The notes: generated by a model from the sequence alone, not told the origin. A stretch of 64,000 nt of DNA from Escherichia coli (GCF_013122565.1 NZ_CP053258.1), one strand, 5' to 3'; counted from the first letter of the stretch, positions 10,315 through 25,517 are shown. Translations and numbers: made by a program.

Positions 10315-13188
10315 ATGACACAGACGTTAAGCCAGCTTGAAAATAGCGGCGCTTTTATTGAACGCCATATCGGACCGGACGCCGCGCAACAGCAAGAAAT
10401 GCTGAATGCCGTTGGCGCACAATCGTTAAACGCGCTGACCGGCCAGATTGTACCGAAAGATATTCAGCTTGCGACCCCGCCGCAGGTTGGCGCACCGGCG
10501 ACCGAATACGCCGCGCTGGCGGAACTCAAGGCTATTGCCAGTCGCAATAAACGCTTCACGTCTTACATCGGCATGGGTTACACCGCCGTGCAGCTACCGC
10601 CGGTTATCCTGCGTAACATGCTGGAAAATCCGGGCTGGTATACCGCGTATACTCCGTATCAACCTGAAGTCTCCCAGGGCCGCCTTGAGGCACTGCTCAA
10701 TTTCCAGCAGGTAACGCTGGATTTAACCGGGCTGGATATGGCCTCTGCTTCTCTTCTTGACGAAGCCACCGCTGCCGCCGAAGCAATGGCGATGGCGAAA
10801 CGCGTCAGCAAACTGAAAAATGCCAACCGCTTCTTCGTGGCTTCCGATGTGCATCCGCAAACGCTGGATGTGGTACGTACTCGTGCCGAAACCTTTGGTT
10901 TTGAAGTGATTGTCGATGATGCGCAAAAAGTGCTCGACCACCAGGACGTCTTCGGCGTGCTGTTACAGCAGGTCGGCACTACTGGTGAAATTCACGACTA
11001 CACCACGCTTATTAGCGAACTGAAATCACGCAAAATTGTGGTCAGTGTCGCCGCCGATATTATGGCGCTGGTGCTGTTAACTGCGCCGGGTAAACAGGGC
11101 GCGGATATTGTCTTTGGTTCGGCGCAACGTTTCGGCGTGCCGATGGGCTACGGAGGCCCACACGCGGCATTCTTTGCGGCGAAAGATGAATACAAACGCT
11201 CAATGCCGGGCCGTATTATCGGTGTATCGAAAGATGCAGCTGGCAATACCGCACTGCGCATGGCGATGCAGACTCGCGAGCAACATATTCGTCGTGAGAA
11301 AGCGAACTCCAACATTTGTACTTCCCAGGTGCTGCTGGCAAACATCGCCAGCCTGTATGCCGTTTATCACGGCCCGGTTGGCCTGAAACGTATCGCTAAC
11401 CGCATTCACCGTCTGACCGATATCCTGGCGGCGGGCCTGCAACAAAAAGGTCTGAAACTGCGCCATGCGCACTATTTCGACACTCTGTGTGTGGAAGTGG
11501 CCGACAAGGCGGGCGTACTGGCGCGTGCCGAAGCGGCTGAAATCAACCTGCGTAGCGATATCCTGAACGCGGTTGGGATCACCCTTGATGAAACCACCAC
11601 GCGCGAAAACGTGATGCAGCTTTTCAGCGTACTGCTGGGGGATAACCACGGCCTGGACATCGACACGCTGGACAAAGACGTGGCTCACGACAGCCGCTCT
11701 ATCCAGCCTGCGATGCTGCGCGACGACGAAATCCTCACCCATCCGGTGTTTAATCGCTACCACAGCGAAACCGAAATGATGCGCTATATGCACTCGCTGG
11801 AGCGTAAAGATCTGGCGCTGAATCAGGCGATGATCCCGCTGGGTTCCTGCACTATGAAACTGAACGCCGCCGCCGAGATGATCCCCATCACCTGGCCGGA
11901 ATTTGCTGAACTGCATCCGTTCTGCCCGCCGGAGCAGGCCGAAGGTTATCAGCAGATGATTGCGCAGCTGGCTGACTGGCTGGTGAAACTGACCGGTTAC
12001 GACGCCGTTTGTATGCAGCCGAACTCTGGCGCACAGGGCGAATACGCGGGCCTGCTGGCGATTCGTCATTATCATGAAAGCCGCAACGAAGGGCATCGCG
12101 ATATCTGCCTGATCCCGGCTTCTGCGCACGGCACTAACCCTGCTTCTGCACATATGGCAGGAATGCAGGTGGTGGTTGTGGCGTGTGATAAAAACGGAAA
12201 TATCGATCTGACTGATCTGCGCGCGAAAGCCGAACAGGCAGGTGATAATCTCTCCTGCATCATGGTGACCTATCCTTCCACCCACGGTGTGTATGAAGAA
12301 ACGATCCGTGAAGTGTGTGAAGTCGTGCATCAGTTCGGCGGTCAGGTTTACCTTGATGGCGCGAACATGAACGCCCAGGTTGGCATCACCTCGCCAGGCT
12401 TTATTGGCGCGGACGTTTCGCACCTCAACCTGCATAAAACTTTCTGCATTCCGCACGGCGGTGGTGGTCCGGGTATGGGACCGATCGGCGTGAAAGCGCA
12501 TCTGGCACCGTTTGTACCGGGTCATAGCGTGGTACAAATTGAAGGCATGTTAACCCGTCAGGGCGCGGTTTCTGCGGCACCGTTCGGTAGCGCCTCTATC
12601 CTGCCAATCAGCTGGATGTACATCCGCATGATGGGCGCAGAAGGGCTGAAAAAAGCAAGCCAGGTGGCAATTCTTAACGCCAACTATATTGCCAGTCGCC
12701 TGCAGGATGCCTTCCCGGTGCTGTATACCGGTCGTGACGGTCGCGTGGCGCACGAATGTATTCTCGATATTCGTCCGTTGAAAGAAGAAACCGGCATCAG
12801 CGAGCTGGATATTGCCAAGCGCCTGATCGACTACGGTTTCCACGCGCCGACGATGTCGTTCCCGGTGGCGGGTACGCTGATGGTTGAACCGACTGAATCT
12901 GAAAGCAAAGTGGAACTGGATCGCTTTATCGACGCGATGCTGGCTATCCGCGCAGAAATTGACCAGGTGAAAGCCGGTATCTGGCCGCTGGAAGACAACC
13001 CGCTGGTGAACGCGCCGCACATTCAGAGCGAACTGGTCGCCGAGTGGGCGCATCCGTACAGCCGTGAAGTTGCGGTATTCCCGGCAGGCGTGGCAGACAA
13101 ATACTGGCCGACAGTGAAACGTCTGGATGATGTTTACGGCGACCGTAACCTGTTCTGCTCCTGCGTACCGATAAGCGAATACCAGTAA
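10315..13188 (+). CDS. gcvP: glycine dehydrogenase (decarboxylating), P protein
   Basis: 957 aa, PLP-dependent glycine decarboxylase family, [21 protein letters not shown]. Confidence 0.95.
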   Translation: MTQTLSQLENSGAFIERHIGPDAAQQQEMLNAVGAQSLNALTGQIVPKDIQLATPPQVGAPATEYAALAELKAIASRNKRFTSYIGMGYTAVQLPPVILRNMLENPGWYTAYTPYQPEVSQGRLEALLNFQQVTLDLTGLDMASASLLDEATAAAEAMAMAKRVSKLKNANRFFVASDVHPQTLDVVRTRAETFGFEVIVDDAQKVLDHQDVFGVLLQQVGTTGEIHDYTTLISELKSRKIVVSVAADIMALVLLTAPGKQGADIVFGSAQRFGVPMGYGGPHAAFFAAKDEYKRSMPGRIIGVSKDAAGNTALRMAMQTREQHIRREKANSNICTSQVLLANIASLYAVYHGPVGLKRIANRIHRLTDILAAGLQQKGLKLRHAHYFDTLCVEVADKAGVLARAEAAEINLRSDILNAVGITLDETTTRENVMQLFSVLLGDNHGLDIDTLDKDVAHDSRSIQPAMLRDDEILTHPVFNRYHSETEMMRYMHSLERKDLALNQAMIPLGSCTMKLNAAAEMIPITWPEFAELHPFCPPEQAEGYQQMIAQLADWLVKLTGYDAVCMQPNSGAQGEYAGLLAIRHYHESRNEGHRDICLIPASAHGTNPASAHMAGMQVVVVACDKNGNIDLTDLRAKAEQAGDNLSCIMVTYPSTHGVYEETIREVCEVVHQFGGQVYLDGANMNAQVGITSPGFIGADVSHLNLHKTFCIPHGGGGPGMGPIGVKAHLAPFVPGHSVVQIEGMLTRQGAVSAAPFGSASILPISWMYIRMMGAEGLKKASQVAILNANYIASRLQDAFPVLYTGRDGRVAHECILDIRPLKEETGISELDIAKRLIDYGFHAPTMSFPVAGTLMVEPTESESKVELDRFIDAMLAIRAEIDQVKAGIWPLEDNPLVNAPHIQSELVAEWAHPYSREVAVFPAGVADKYWPTVKRLDDVYGDRNLFCSCVPISEYQ

Positions 13189-13210
13189 TTCACTGATTCG
13201 ACTATCTTCT

Positions 13211-13234
13211 AAAGGCGCTTCGGCGCCTTTTTAG
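13211..13234 (+). terminator. rho-independent terminator after gcvP
   Basis: aaaggcgcttcggcgccttttt hairpin with T-run. Confidence 0.65.
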
Positions 13235-13299
13235 CTTGTTAATAAAGTGCGCTTTGTGTGTCGGATGAAGCGTAAATATAAAATCCTGGAGTTCAATAT

Positions 13300-13350
13300 A
13301 TGACAGGAGCGCCAGGCCTGATGAGCGGGGCGCATCAGGCACATCGGGTA
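13300..13350. repeat. REP-like palindromic element
   Basis: gccaggcctgatgagcggggcgcatcaggc imperfect palindrome between convergent gcvP and bglA. Confidence 0.45.
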
Positions 13351-13351
13351 A

Positions 13352-14812
<1,461 letters not shown>

Positions 14813-14829
14813 TTACAGGAAATAGTACC

Positions 14830-15141
14830 ATGCAGCCAAACGACATCACTTTTTTTCAACGTTTCCAGGATGACATTCTGGCTGGGCGTAAAACCATCAC
14901 CATCCGCGACGAGTCTGAATCGCACTTCAAAACGGGTGATGTGCTTCGTGTCGGGCGTTTTGAAGATGACGGTTATTTTTGCACGATTGAAGTCACCGCA
15001 ACCTCAACCGTAACGCTGGATACGCTGACGGAAAAACATGCAGAGCAGGAAAATATGACCCTGACTGAACTGAAAAAGGTCATTGCCGACATCTATCCCG
15101 GTCAGACACAGTTTTATGTGATTGAATTTAAATGTCTTTAA
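14830..15141 (+). CDS. yqfB: ASCH-domain protein YqfB
   Basis: 103 aa [28 protein letters not shown]..., divergent from bglA. Confidence 0.85.
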   Translation: MQPNDITFFQRFQDDILAGRKTITIRDESESHFKTGDVLRVGRFEDDGYFCTIEVTATSTVTLDTLTEKHAEQENMTLTELKKVIADIYPGQTQFYVIEFKCL

Positions 15142-15301
15142 ATTGAACTCACGCCTGTTAGTTGAAATTTCGCATTTAATTTCATGATTTTTAGGGGATT
15201 AGTCTCAAATCAGAATTTATTTTAGCTAACAGGTGTTCACTGGAACTATTCTCAGTTACGCTGGAGAGGTATACATGTGCGTGTACGTTTCTCCGGAGTA
15301 A

Positions 15302-15964
<663 letters not shown>

Positions 15965-15975
15965 TGGGTATGCCT

Positions 15976-16013
15976 TTGTAGGCCTGATAAGACGCGCCAG
16001 CGTCGCATCAGGC
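15976..16013. repeat. REP element
   Basis: tgtaggcctgataagacgcgccagcgtcgcatcaggcg, canonical REP-type palindrome between convergent yqfA and ygfZ. Confidence 0.6.
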
Positions 16014-16040
16014 GATAAATGCGTGATGCGACACAGAGAT

Positions 16041-17021
16041 TTACTCTTCGAGCGAATACGGCAGCGGCTCGATATGCAATGTATTCGCATCGTCACGTAC
16101 GCGGAAGATGCTGTCCGGTTCCATATCGTTATTCATGACGACCTGTACCACGACCTGACCATCTTCCAGTTTTACCGCAGCCAGCACCGTACCAGTACGA
16201 CGCCAGTTCTCGCCCATTTTCAGCTCTAAGTCTTCACCAGCTTCCGGCAGTCGGCTGGCACTACCTGTCAGCAACCAGAGCGCGCGTTTGTTGGCACCAC
16301 GGAATTTTGCTCGCGCCACCATCTCTTGTCCGGTATAGCAGCCTTTCTTAAAGCTGATACCGCCCAGCGCCTGGAGATTGGTCGCCTGTGGAATAAACTG
16401 CCCGCTGTTGGCGGCATCAATCACCGGGAAACCCGCTTCAATGTTTAATGCCAGCCACTGTTGGCTATTGTTCAGTTCCGCTTCACCGCGCAGTTTGTCG
16501 GTCAGCATATTGGCAGTAGCTTCATCGGTTACGATCAGGAAACGTTCTGCCGGGTGTTCAAACCATAGCAAAGTGGTCGCGCCTTCTTTAACTACCTGTT
16601 TTTCTTTCGAAGGCAGTTCACTAAAGAGATTGGCCAGTGCGGCGCGCGCCTGAAAACCGGCAACACCAAGCAGCACACGCTCGTCGTCTGGCGCGATGGT
16701 CACTTTAGAGAATACCGCATATTTTTTCAGTTCAGTCAGCTGCGGTTCACGCACGCTGCGCCGTTCAATCCACGCAAAGCCATCGCCGTCGCGGAACAGA
16801 CGTAAATTGCTCCACATTTTACCTTTGGCGTCGCAATGGGCGGCCAGCAGGTGCTGATCTTCTGTCATCTGGCTGACGTCTGCTGTCACCTGACCCTGCA
16901 TATATTTTTCGCTGTCCGCGCCAGTAATGGTGGCAAGCGCCCAGTCATCAAGCGTCATCAGTGTCAGTGGCAAACGGGCAGAAGCCGTAGGCTGACGGGG
17001 AGGAAAAGGTGTAAAAGCCAT
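16041..17021 (-). CDS. ygfZ: folate-binding tRNA-modifying / Fe-S cluster repair protein YgfZ
   Basis: 326 aa, GcvT-like fold protein, [27 protein letters not shown]. Confidence 0.9.
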   Translation of the reverse strand: MAFTPFPPRQPTASARLPLTLMTLDDWALATITGADSEKYMQGQVTADVSQMTEDQHLLAAHCDAKGKMWSNLRLFRDGDGFAWIERRSVREPQLTELKKYAVFSKVTIAPDDERVLLGVAGFQARAALANLFSELPSKEKQVVKEGATTLLWFEHPAERFLIVTDEATANMLTDKLRGEAELNNSQQWLALNIEAGFPVIDAANSGQFIPQATNLQALGGISFKKGCYTGQEMVARAKFRGANKRALWLLTGSASRLPEAGEDLELKMGENWRRTGTVLAAVKLEDGQVVVQVVMNNDMEPDSIFRVRDDANTLHIEPLPYSLEE

Positions 17022-17251
17022 AATAGAGTCCTGAGTTGCTTAACGGCGTATTAATCACTAATGGTAAAAGAGCTATGAGGCAATGCAAGTGCTTTCACTA
17101 CGCGATCTGTGCCTTCTGCGAGGCGACTTCCAAAAAAATGAAGCCCTTGAATTGTTGTGAATTAATTTCGCGATCGCGATGGTGTTTACTGATATTCCCG
17201 TAAAAGAAGTCGAAAAACACGTTACAATAGCGGGGTACTGGATTTTCGTGA

Positions 17252-17918
<667 letters not shown>

Positions 17919-17957
17919 AGATGACGGCAAAGCATATGCGCTAAGCCGTCAGTGACA

Positions 17958-18479
17958 TCAGGCGTAATGCTCTGCCATTTCGTTGAGGATTTGCTCGCAC
18001 CAGCTCTGAATACGCTCGTCGCTAAGGTCATACTGGTTAGTTTCGTCCAGCGCCAGCCCCACGAACAGTTGCCCGTCAGCAATCACCGGTTTCGGGCTGG
18101 TAAATTCATATCCTTCCGTTGGCCAGTAGCCGACGAACTTCACGCCTTTGGTCGAGAGTTTGTCATGCAGCATACCGAGCGCATCGAGGAACCACTCGCC
18201 GTATCCCAGTTGATCGCCAAGCCCATACAGCGCAACAATTTTACCTTCAAGGTTCAGGTCGTCGAGCTGATCCCAGACGGCTTCCCAGTCTTCCTGGATT
18301 TCACCAAAATCCCAGGTCGGGATACCCAGAATGAGCACATCGTACTGCTCCATTAATTTCGGGGAGTCGTCCTTGAGGTTATGTAAGGTCACCAGTTCTG
18401 GGCCGATAATATCGCGGATTTTTTCTGCCGCCATTTCGGTGTAACAGGTGCTGGAACCGTAAAAAAGACCCATATTCAT
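17958..18479 (-). CDS. fldB: flavodoxin 2
   Basis: 173 aa long-chain flavodoxin, [21 protein letters not shown]. Confidence 0.9.
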
Positions 18480-18590
18480 AACGTAAGCTTCTCGATTCTG
18501 CTGTGGCTTTTGCAGCTAGTGTATCAGAATCGCTTTAGTCACGGCACAATAAGGCATAATGGATCAAATGAGTGACCATAAGGGGCGCAA

Positions 18591-19487
18591 GTGAAACAGG
18601 ATCTGGCATGCATCGAGCAGTTTCTTGATGCTCTGTGGCTGGAAAAAAATCTGGCTGAAAATACGTTGAACGCTTACCGTCGCGATCTGTCAATGATGGT
18701 GGAGTGGTTGCATCACCGCGGGTTGACGCTGGCGACGGCGCAAAGTGACGATTTGCAGGCATTACTGGCAGAACGGCTGGAGGGCGGGTATAAAGCCACC
18801 AGCTCAGCGCGTTTGCTGAGTGCAGTGCGCCGATTGTTCCAGTATCTTTATCGCGAAAAGTTTCGTGAAGACGATCCCAGTGCGCATCTCGCTTCACCGA
18901 AATTGCCCCAGCGTTTGCCAAAAGATTTAAGCGAAGCGCAGGTCGAACGTTTATTACAGGCACCATTAATTGATCAGCCACTGGAGCTACGCGATAAAGC
19001 CATGCTTGAAGTGTTGTATGCTACCGGGCTGCGTGTCTCTGAACTGGTCGGGCTGACAATGAGTGATATCAGCCTGCGTCAGGGCGTAGTGCGGGTCATT
19101 GGTAAAGGCAACAAAGAGCGCCTGGTGCCGTTAGGTGAAGAGGCGGTTTACTGGTTGGAGACCTATCTGGAACATGGGCGTCCGTGGCTGCTGAATGGTG
19201 TGTCAATTGACGTGTTGTTTCCCAGCCAGCGTGCGCAGCAGATGACGCGACAGACCTTCTGGCACCGCATTAAACATTATGCCGTGCTGGCGGGTATCGA
19301 CAGCGAAAAGCTGTCCCCGCATGTGTTGCGTCACGCTTTTGCCACTCATTTATTAAATCATGGTGCGGATTTACGCGTGGTGCAGATGCTACTGGGCCAC
19401 AGCGATCTCTCCACCACGCAAATTTATACGCATGTCGCTACCGAGCGTCTGCGGCAACTTCATCAACAGCATCACCCGCGGGCGTGA
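18591..19487 (+). CDS. xerD: site-specific tyrosine recombinase XerD
   Basis: 298 aa, phage-integrase family catalytic residues (RHAFATHLL, LGHSDLSTTQIYTHV). Confidence 0.95.
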   Translation: MKQDLACIEQFLDALWLEKNLAENTLNAYRRDLSMMVEWLHHRGLTLATAQSDDLQALLAERLEGGYKATSSARLLSAVRRLFQYLYREKFREDDPSAHLASPKLPQRLPKDLSEAQVERLLQAPLIDQPLELRDKAMLEVLYATGLRVSELVGLTMSDISLRQGVVRVIGKGNKERLVPLGEEAVYWLETYLEHGRPWLLNGVSIDVLFPSQRAQQMTRQTFWHRIKHYAVLAGIDSEKLSPHVLRHAFATHLLNHGADLRVVQMLLGHSDLSTTQIYTHVATERLRQLHQQHHPRA

Positions 19488-19511
19488 TGTCTGAAAAGAA
19501 CGGGAAGATTT

Positions 19512-20222
19512 ATGAAGAAAGGTTTTATGTTGTTTACTTTGTTAGCGGCGTTTTCAGGCTTTGCTCAGGCTGATGACGCGGCAATTCAACAAACGTTAGC
19601 CAAAATGGGCATCAAAAGCAGCGATATTCAGCCCGCGCCCGTAGCTGGCATGAAGACAGTTCTGACTAACAGCGGCGTGTTGTACATCACCGATGATGGT
19701 AAACATATCATTCAGGGGCCAATGTATGACGTTAGTGGCACGGCTCCGGTCAATGTCACCAATAAGATGCTGTTAAAGCAGTTGAATGCGCTTGAAAAAG
19801 AGATGATCGTTTATAAAGCGCCGCAGGAAAAACACGTCATCACCGTGTTTACTGATATTACCTGTGGTTACTGCCACAAACTGCATGAGCAAATGGCAGA
19901 CTACAACGCGCTGGGGATCACCGTACGTTATCTTGCTTTCCCGCGCCAGGGGCTGGATAGCGATGCTGAGAAAGAAATGAAAGCTATCTGGTGTGCGAAA
20001 GACAAAAACAAAGCGTTTGATGATGTGATGGCAGGTAAAAGCGTCGCACCAGCCAGTTGCGACGTGGATATTGCCGACCATTACGCACTTGGCGTCCAGC
20101 TTGGCGTTAGCGGTACTCCGGCAGTTGTGCTGAGCAATGGCACACTTGTTCCGGGTTACCAGCCGCCGAAAGACATGAAAGAATTCCTCGACGAACACCA
20201 AAAAATGACCAGCGGTAAATAA
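19512..20222 (+). CDS. dsbC: thiol:disulfide interchange protein DsbC
   Basis: 236 aa with signal peptide and CGYC active site. Confidence 0.95.
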   Translation: MKKGFMLFTLLAAFSGFAQADDAAIQQTLAKMGIKSSDIQPAPVAGMKTVLTNSGVLYITDDGKHIIQGPMYDVSGTAPVNVTNKMLLKQLNALEKEMIVYKAPQEKHVITVFTDITCGYCHKLHEQMADYNALGITVRYLAFPRQGLDSDAEKEMKAIWCAKDKNKAFDDVMAGKSVAPASCDVDIADHYALGVQLGVSGTPAVVLSNGTLVPGYQPPKDMKEFLDEHQKMTSGK

Positions 20223-20227
20223 TTCGC

Positions 20228-21961
20228 GTGAAACAACAGATACAACTTCGTCGCCGTGAAGTCGATGAAACGGCAGACTTGCCCGCTGAATTGCCTCCCT
20301 TGCTGCGCCGTTTATACGCCAGCCGAGGAGTACGCAGTGCGCAAGAACTGGAACGCAGTGTTAAAGGTATGTTGCCCTGGCAGCAACTGAGCGGCGTCGA
20401 AAAGGCCGTTGAGATCCTTTACAACGCTTTTCGCGAAGGAACGCGGATTATTGTGGTCGGTGATTTCGACGCCGACGGTGCCACCAGCACGGCTCTAAGC
20501 GTGCTGGCGATGCGCTCGCTTGGTTGCAGCAATATCGACTACCTGGTTCCAAACCGTTTCGAAGACGGTTACGGCTTAAGCCCGGAAGTGGTCGATCAGG
20601 CCCATGCCCGTGGCGCGCAGTTAATTGTCACGGTGGATAACGGTATTTCCTCCCATGCAGGGGTTGAACACGCTCGTTCGTTGGGCATTCCGGTTATTGT
20701 TACCGATCACCATTTGCCGGGCGACACATTACCCGCGGCGGAAGCGATCATTAACCCTAACTTGCGCGACTGCAATTTCCCGTCGAAATCACTGGCAGGC
20801 GTGGGGGTGGCGTTTTATCTGATGCTGGCGCTGCGCACCTTTTTGCGCGATCAGGGCTGGTTTGATGAGCGCGGCATCGCAATTCCTAATCTGGCAGAAC
20901 TGCTGGATCTGGTCGCGCTGGGGACAGTGGCGGACGTCGTGCCGCTGGACGCTAATAATCGCATTCTGACCTGGCAGGGGATGAGTCGCATCCGTGCCGG
21001 AAAGTGCCGTCCGGGAATCAAAGCGCTGCTGGAAGTGGCGAACCGCGATGCGCAAAAACTCGCCGCCAGCGATTTAGGTTTTGCGCTGGGGCCACGTCTC
21101 AATGCTGCCGGGAGACTGGACGATATGTCCGTCGGTGTGGCGCTGTTGCTGTGCGACAACATCGGCGAAGCGCGCGTGCTGGCAAATGAACTCGATGCCC
21201 TAAACCAGACGCGAAAAGAGATCGAACAAGGAATGCAGGTTGAAGCCCTGACCCTGTGCGAGAAACTGGAGCGCAGCCGTGACACGCTACCCGGCGGGCT
21301 GGCAATGTATCACCCCGAATGGCATCAGGGCGTTGTCGGTATTCTGGCTTCGCGCATCAAAGAGCGTTTTCACCGTCCGGTTATCGCGTTTGCGCCAGCA
21401 GGTGACGGTACGCTGAAAGGTTCCGGTCGCTCCATTCAGGGGCTACATATGCGTGATGCGCTGGAGCGATTAGACACACTCTACCCCGGCATGATGCTCA
21501 AGTTTGGCGGTCATGCGATGGCGGCGGGTTTGTCGCTGGAAGAGGATAAATTCGAACTCTTTCAACAACGGTTTGGCGAGCTGGTTACTGAGTGGCTGGA
21601 CCCTTCGCTATTGCAAGGCGAAGTGGTGTCAGACGGTCCGTTAAGCCCGGCCGAAATGACCATGGAAGTGGCGCAGCTGCTGCGCGATGCTGGCCCGTGG
21701 GGGCAGATGTTCCCGGAGCCGCTGTTTGACGGTCATTTCCGTCTGCTGCAACAGCGGCTGGTGGGCGAACGTCATTTGAAAGTCATGGTCGAACCGGTCG
21801 GCGGCGGTCCGCTGCTGGATGGTATTGCTTTTAATGTCGATACCGCCCTCTGGCCGGATAACGGCGTGCGCGAAGTGCAACTGGCTTACAAGCTCGATAT
21901 CAACGAGTTTCGCGGCAACCGCAGCCTGCAAATTATCATCGACAATATCTGGCCAATTTAG
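20228..21961 (+). CDS. recJ: single-stranded-DNA-specific exonuclease RecJ
   Basis: 577 aa DHH-family phosphoesterase; GTG start at 20228. Confidence 0.95.
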   Translation: MKQQIQLRRREVDETADLPAELPPLLRRLYASRGVRSAQELERSVKGMLPWQQLSGVEKAVEILYNAFREGTRIIVVGDFDADGATSTALSVLAMRSLGCSNIDYLVPNRFEDGYGLSPEVVDQAHARGAQLIVTVDNGISSHAGVEHARSLGIPVIVTDHHLPGDTLPAAEAIINPNLRDCNFPSKSLAGVGVAFYLMLALRTFLRDQGWFDERGIAIPNLAELLDLVALGTVADVVPLDANNRILTWQGMSRIRAGKCRPGIKALLEVANRDAQKLAASDLGFALGPRLNAAGRLDDMSVGVALLLCDNIGEARVLANELDALNQTRKEIEQGMQVEALTLCEKLERSRDTLPGGLAMYHPEWHQGVVGILASRIKERFHRPVIAFAPAGDGTLKGSGRSIQGLHMRDALERLDTLYPGMMLKFGGHAMAAGLSLEEDKFELFQQRFGELVTEWLDPSLLQGEVVSDGPLSPAEMTMEVAQLLRDAGPWGQMFPEPLFDGHFRLLQQRLVGERHLKVMVEPVGGGPLLDGIAFNVDTALWPDNGVREVQLAYKLDINEFRGNRSLQIIIDNIWPI

Positions 21962-22051
21962 CGTCATCTTCTCTATAAAAAAGAGCGTGGATTGGGTACA
22001 ATCCCGCTCTTATCACCGCATTTTGACTAGCTCAATAAAAGAAATCAGACC

Positions 22052-23150
22052 ATGTTTGAAATTAATCCGGTAAATAATCGCATTCAGGACCTCACGGAAC
22101 GCTCCGACGTTCTTAGGGGGTATCTTTGACTACGACGCCAAGAAAGAGCGTCTGGAAGAAGTAAACGCCGAGCTGGAACAGCCGGATGTCTGGAACGAAC
22201 CCGAACGCGCACAGGCGCTGGGTAAAGAGCGTTCCTCCCTCGAAGCCGTTGTCGACACCCTCGACCAAATGAAGCAGGGGCTGGAAGATGTTTCTGGTCT
22301 GCTGGAACTGGCTGTAGAAGCTGACGACGAAGAAACCTTTAACGAAGCCGTTGCTGAACTCGACGCCCTGGAAGAAAAACTGGCGCAGCTTGAGTTCCGC
22401 CGTATGTTCTCTGGCGAATATGACAGCGCCGACTGCTACCTCGATATTCAGGCGGGGTCTGGCGGTACGGAAGCACAGGACTGGGCGAGCATGCTTGAGC
22501 GTATGTATCTGCGCTGGGCAGAATCGCGTGGTTTCAAAACTGAAATCATCGAAGAGTCGGAAGGTGAAGTGGCGGGTATTAAATCCGTGACGATCAAAAT
22601 CTCCGGCGATTACGCTTACGGCTGGCTGCGTACAGAAACTGGCGTTCACCGCCTGGTGCGTAAGAGCCCGTTTGACTCCGGCGGTCGTCGCCATACGTCG
22701 TTCAGCTCCGCGTTTGTTTACCCGGAAGTCGATGACGATATCGATATCGAAATCAACCCGGCGGATCTGCGCATTGACGTTTATCGCGCGTCCGGCGCGG
22801 GCGGTCAGCACGTTAACCGTACCGAATCTGCGGTGCGTATTACCCACATCCCGACCGGGATCGTGACCCAGTGCCAGAACGACCGTTCCCAGCACAAGAA
22901 CAAAGACCAGGCCATGAAGCAGATGAAAGCGAAGCTTTATGAACTGGAGATGCAGAAGAAAAATGCCGAGAAACAGGCGATGGAAGATAACAAATCCGAC
23001 ATCGGCTGGGGCAGCCAGATTCGTTCTTATGTCCTTGATGACTCCCGCATTAAAGATCTGCGCACCGGGGTAGAAACCCGCAACACGCAGGCCGTGCTGG
23101 ACGGCAGCCTGGATCAATTTATCGAAGCAAGTTTGAAAGCAGGGTTATGA
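22052..23150 (+). CDS. prfB: peptide chain release factor 2; needs a programmed +1 frameshift (join 22052..22126 and 22128..23150)
   Basis: 25-codon leader [25 protein letters not shown] ends at CUU followed by in-frame UGA; downstream +1 frame encodes RF2 with SPF and GGQ motifs. Confidence 0.9.
22113..22130 (+). promoter_or_regulatory. prfB +1 frameshift site (internal SD-like AGGGGG, then UAU CUU UGA C)
   Basis: sequence ttagggggtatctttgac matches the classical RF2 autoregulatory frameshift cassette. Confidence 0.9.
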
Positions 23151-23159
23151 GGAACCAAC

Positions 23160-24677
23160 ATGTCTGAACAACACGCACAGGGCGCTGACGCGGTAGTCGA
23201 TCTTAACAATGAACTGAAAACGCGTCGTGAGAAGCTGGCGAACCTGCGCGAGCAGGGGATTGCCTTCCCGAACGATTTCCGTCGCGATCATACCTCTGAC
23301 CAATTGCACGCAGAATTCGACGGTAAAGAGAACGAAGAACTGGAAGCGTTGAACATCGAAGTCGCCGTTGCTGGCCGCATGATGACCCGCCGTATTATGG
23401 GTAAAGCGTCTTTCGTTACCCTGCAGGATGTGGGTGGCCGCATTCAGCTGTACGTTGCCCGTGACGATCTGCCGGAAGGCGTTTACAACGAGCAGTTCAA
23501 AAAATGGGACCTCGGCGACATCCTCGGCGCGAAAGGTAAACTGTTCAAAACCAAAACCGGCGAACTGTCTATCCACTGTACCGAGCTGCGTCTACTGACC
23601 AAAGCACTGCGTCCGCTGCCGGATAAATTCCACGGCTTGCAGGATCAGGAAGCGCGCTATCGTCAGCGTTATCTGGATCTCATCTCTAACGATGAATCCC
23701 GTAACACCTTTAAAGTGCGCTCGCAGATCCTCTCTGGTATTCGCCAGTTCATGGTGAACCGCGGCTTTATGGAAGTTGAAACGCCGATGATGCAGGTGAT
23801 CCCTGGCGGTGCCGCTGCGCGTCCGTTTATCACCCACCATAACGCGCTGGATCTCGACATGTACCTGCGTATCGCGCCGGAACTGTACCTCAAGCGTCTG
23901 GTGGTCGGTGGCTTCGAGCGTGTATTCGAAATCAACCGTAACTTCCGTAACGAAGGTATCTCCGTACGTCATAACCCAGAGTTCACCATGATGGAACTCT
24001 ATATGGCTTACGCAGATTACAAAGATCTGATTGAGCTGACCGAATCGCTGTTCCGTACTCTGGCACAGGATATTCTCGGTAAGACGGAAGTGACCTACGG
24101 CGACGTGACGCTGGACTTCGGTAAACCGTTCGAAAAACTAACCATGCGTGAAGCGATCAAGAAATATCGCCCGGAAACCGACATGGCGGATCTGGACAAC
24201 TTCGACTCTGCGAAAGCGATTGCTGAATCTATCGGTATCCACGTTGAGAAGAGCTGGGGTCTGGGCCGTATCGTTACCGAGATCTTCGAAGAAGTGGCAG
24301 AAGCACATCTGATTCAGCCGACCTTCATTACTGAATATCCGGCAGAAGTTTCTCCGTTGGCGCGTCGTAACGACGTTAACCCGGAAATCACAGACCGCTT
24401 TGAGTTCTTCATTGGTGGTCGTGAAATCGGTAACGGCTTTAGCGAGCTGAATGACGCGGAAGATCAGGCGCAGCGCTTCCTGGATCAGGTTGCCGCGAAA
24501 GATGCAGGTGACGACGAAGCGATGTTCTACGATGAAGATTACGTCACCGCACTGGAACATGGCTTACCGCCGACAGCAGGTCTGGGGATTGGCATCGACC
24601 GTATGGTAATGCTGTTCACCAACAGCCATACCATCCGCGACGTTATTCTGTTCCCGGCGATGCGTCCGGTGAAATAA
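23160..24677 (+). CDS. lysS: lysyl-tRNA synthetase (constitutive)
   Basis: 505 aa class II aaRS with N-terminal OB anticodon-binding domain; 9 nt after the prfB stop. Confidence 0.95.
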
Positions 24678-24695
24678 GCATTACGTTATGCTCAC

Positions 24696-24724
24696 AACCC
24701 CGGCAAATGTCGGGGTTTTTTATT
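24696..24724 (+). terminator. rho-independent terminator after lysS
   Basis: hairpin aaccccggcaaatgtcggggtt followed by a T-run; overlaps the idi stop codon. Confidence 0.65.
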
Positions 24725-25268
24725 TAAGCTGGGTAAATGCAGATAATCGTATTCTGGCTTCGCGATTTGTCGCCTGCATCACCATCCACGGACTGAACGC
24801 CCACGGCGTGGCATCAATACCGCGTAATACATCAGCTAAATCACACCATTGATAATCCATCACTTCATCATCGTTGATCTGTAACGCACTGGTGGTGCGT
24901 GCGGCAAATACCGGACACACTTCATTTTCCACAATGCCATTCGGATCGGTGGCGCGATAGCGAAAGTCAGGATAGATAGATTCAGGAGGCGTAATTTCCA
25001 CGCCAAGCTCATAACGGCAACGGCGGATCACCGCGTCTTCGTTGCTTTCTCCCAGTTGTGGGTGCCCACAAACCGAGTTAGTCCACACGCCAGGCCATGC
25101 TTTTTTGCTCAGTGCGCGGCGGGTAACTAATAATTGTCCTTTGGCATTAAACAGCCAACTGGAGAACGCGAGATGTAAGCGGGTGTCTGCCGTGTGTGCG
25201 GCATACTTTTCCAGCGTACCCGTGGGAACTCCCTGTGCATTCAATAAAATGACGTGTTCCGTTTGCAT
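24720..25268 (-). CDS. idi: isopentenyl-diphosphate delta-isomerase (type 1, Nudix-like)
   Basis: 182 aa [25 protein letters not shown]... Confidence 0.9.
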   Translation of the reverse strand: MQTEHVILLNAQGVPTGTLEKYAAHTADTRLHLAFSSWLFNAKGQLLVTRRALSKKAWPGVWTNSVCGHPQLGESNEDAVIRRCRYELGVEITPPESIYPDFRYRATDPNGIVENEVCPVFAARTTSALQINDDEVMDYQWCDLADVLRGIDATPWAFSPWMVMQATNREARIRLSAFTQLK

Positions 25269-25517
25269 AATTTCTCACATGTAATTCTGATCACTCATCA
25301 TTATAGATAATTGAAGAGTGAAATGATTAACCAAGTGAGCGTTTATCGACAACCGCCCGTTTTGAGCGGATGTCGACAGGTAAAAACCATTTAAAAAAGT
25401 AGCATCATATATTTGAAGCGACTTTCAATGGCCATTGCAACACAGTCAGAAATGACAGGAATAGAGAGAGTAAAAAGCAACAGCAGACTGAATATAGCGC
25501 GCATTAAAAAATTCATA

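Noticed and set aside
11200-12537. 445 aa minus-strand ORF inside gcvP (similar long antisense ORFs: 22113..23117 opposite prfB, 39304..40029 opposite ygfK, 13442..13969 opposite bglA, 5049..5582 opposite pepP)
   Set aside because: They lie wholly antisense to well-supported genes, have Arg/His/Val-rich low-complexity composition typical of reverse frames, and lack RBSs; treated as stop-codon-poor reverse frames.
25391-25516. 41-codon hydrophobic ORF on the minus strand immediately after the uacT stop
   Set aside because: No Shine-Dalgarno sequence, it starts 1 nt after the uacT stop inside the uacT-idi spacer where the idi promoter should lie, and there is no supporting repeat or antisense architecture like the ibs loci; probably coincidental.
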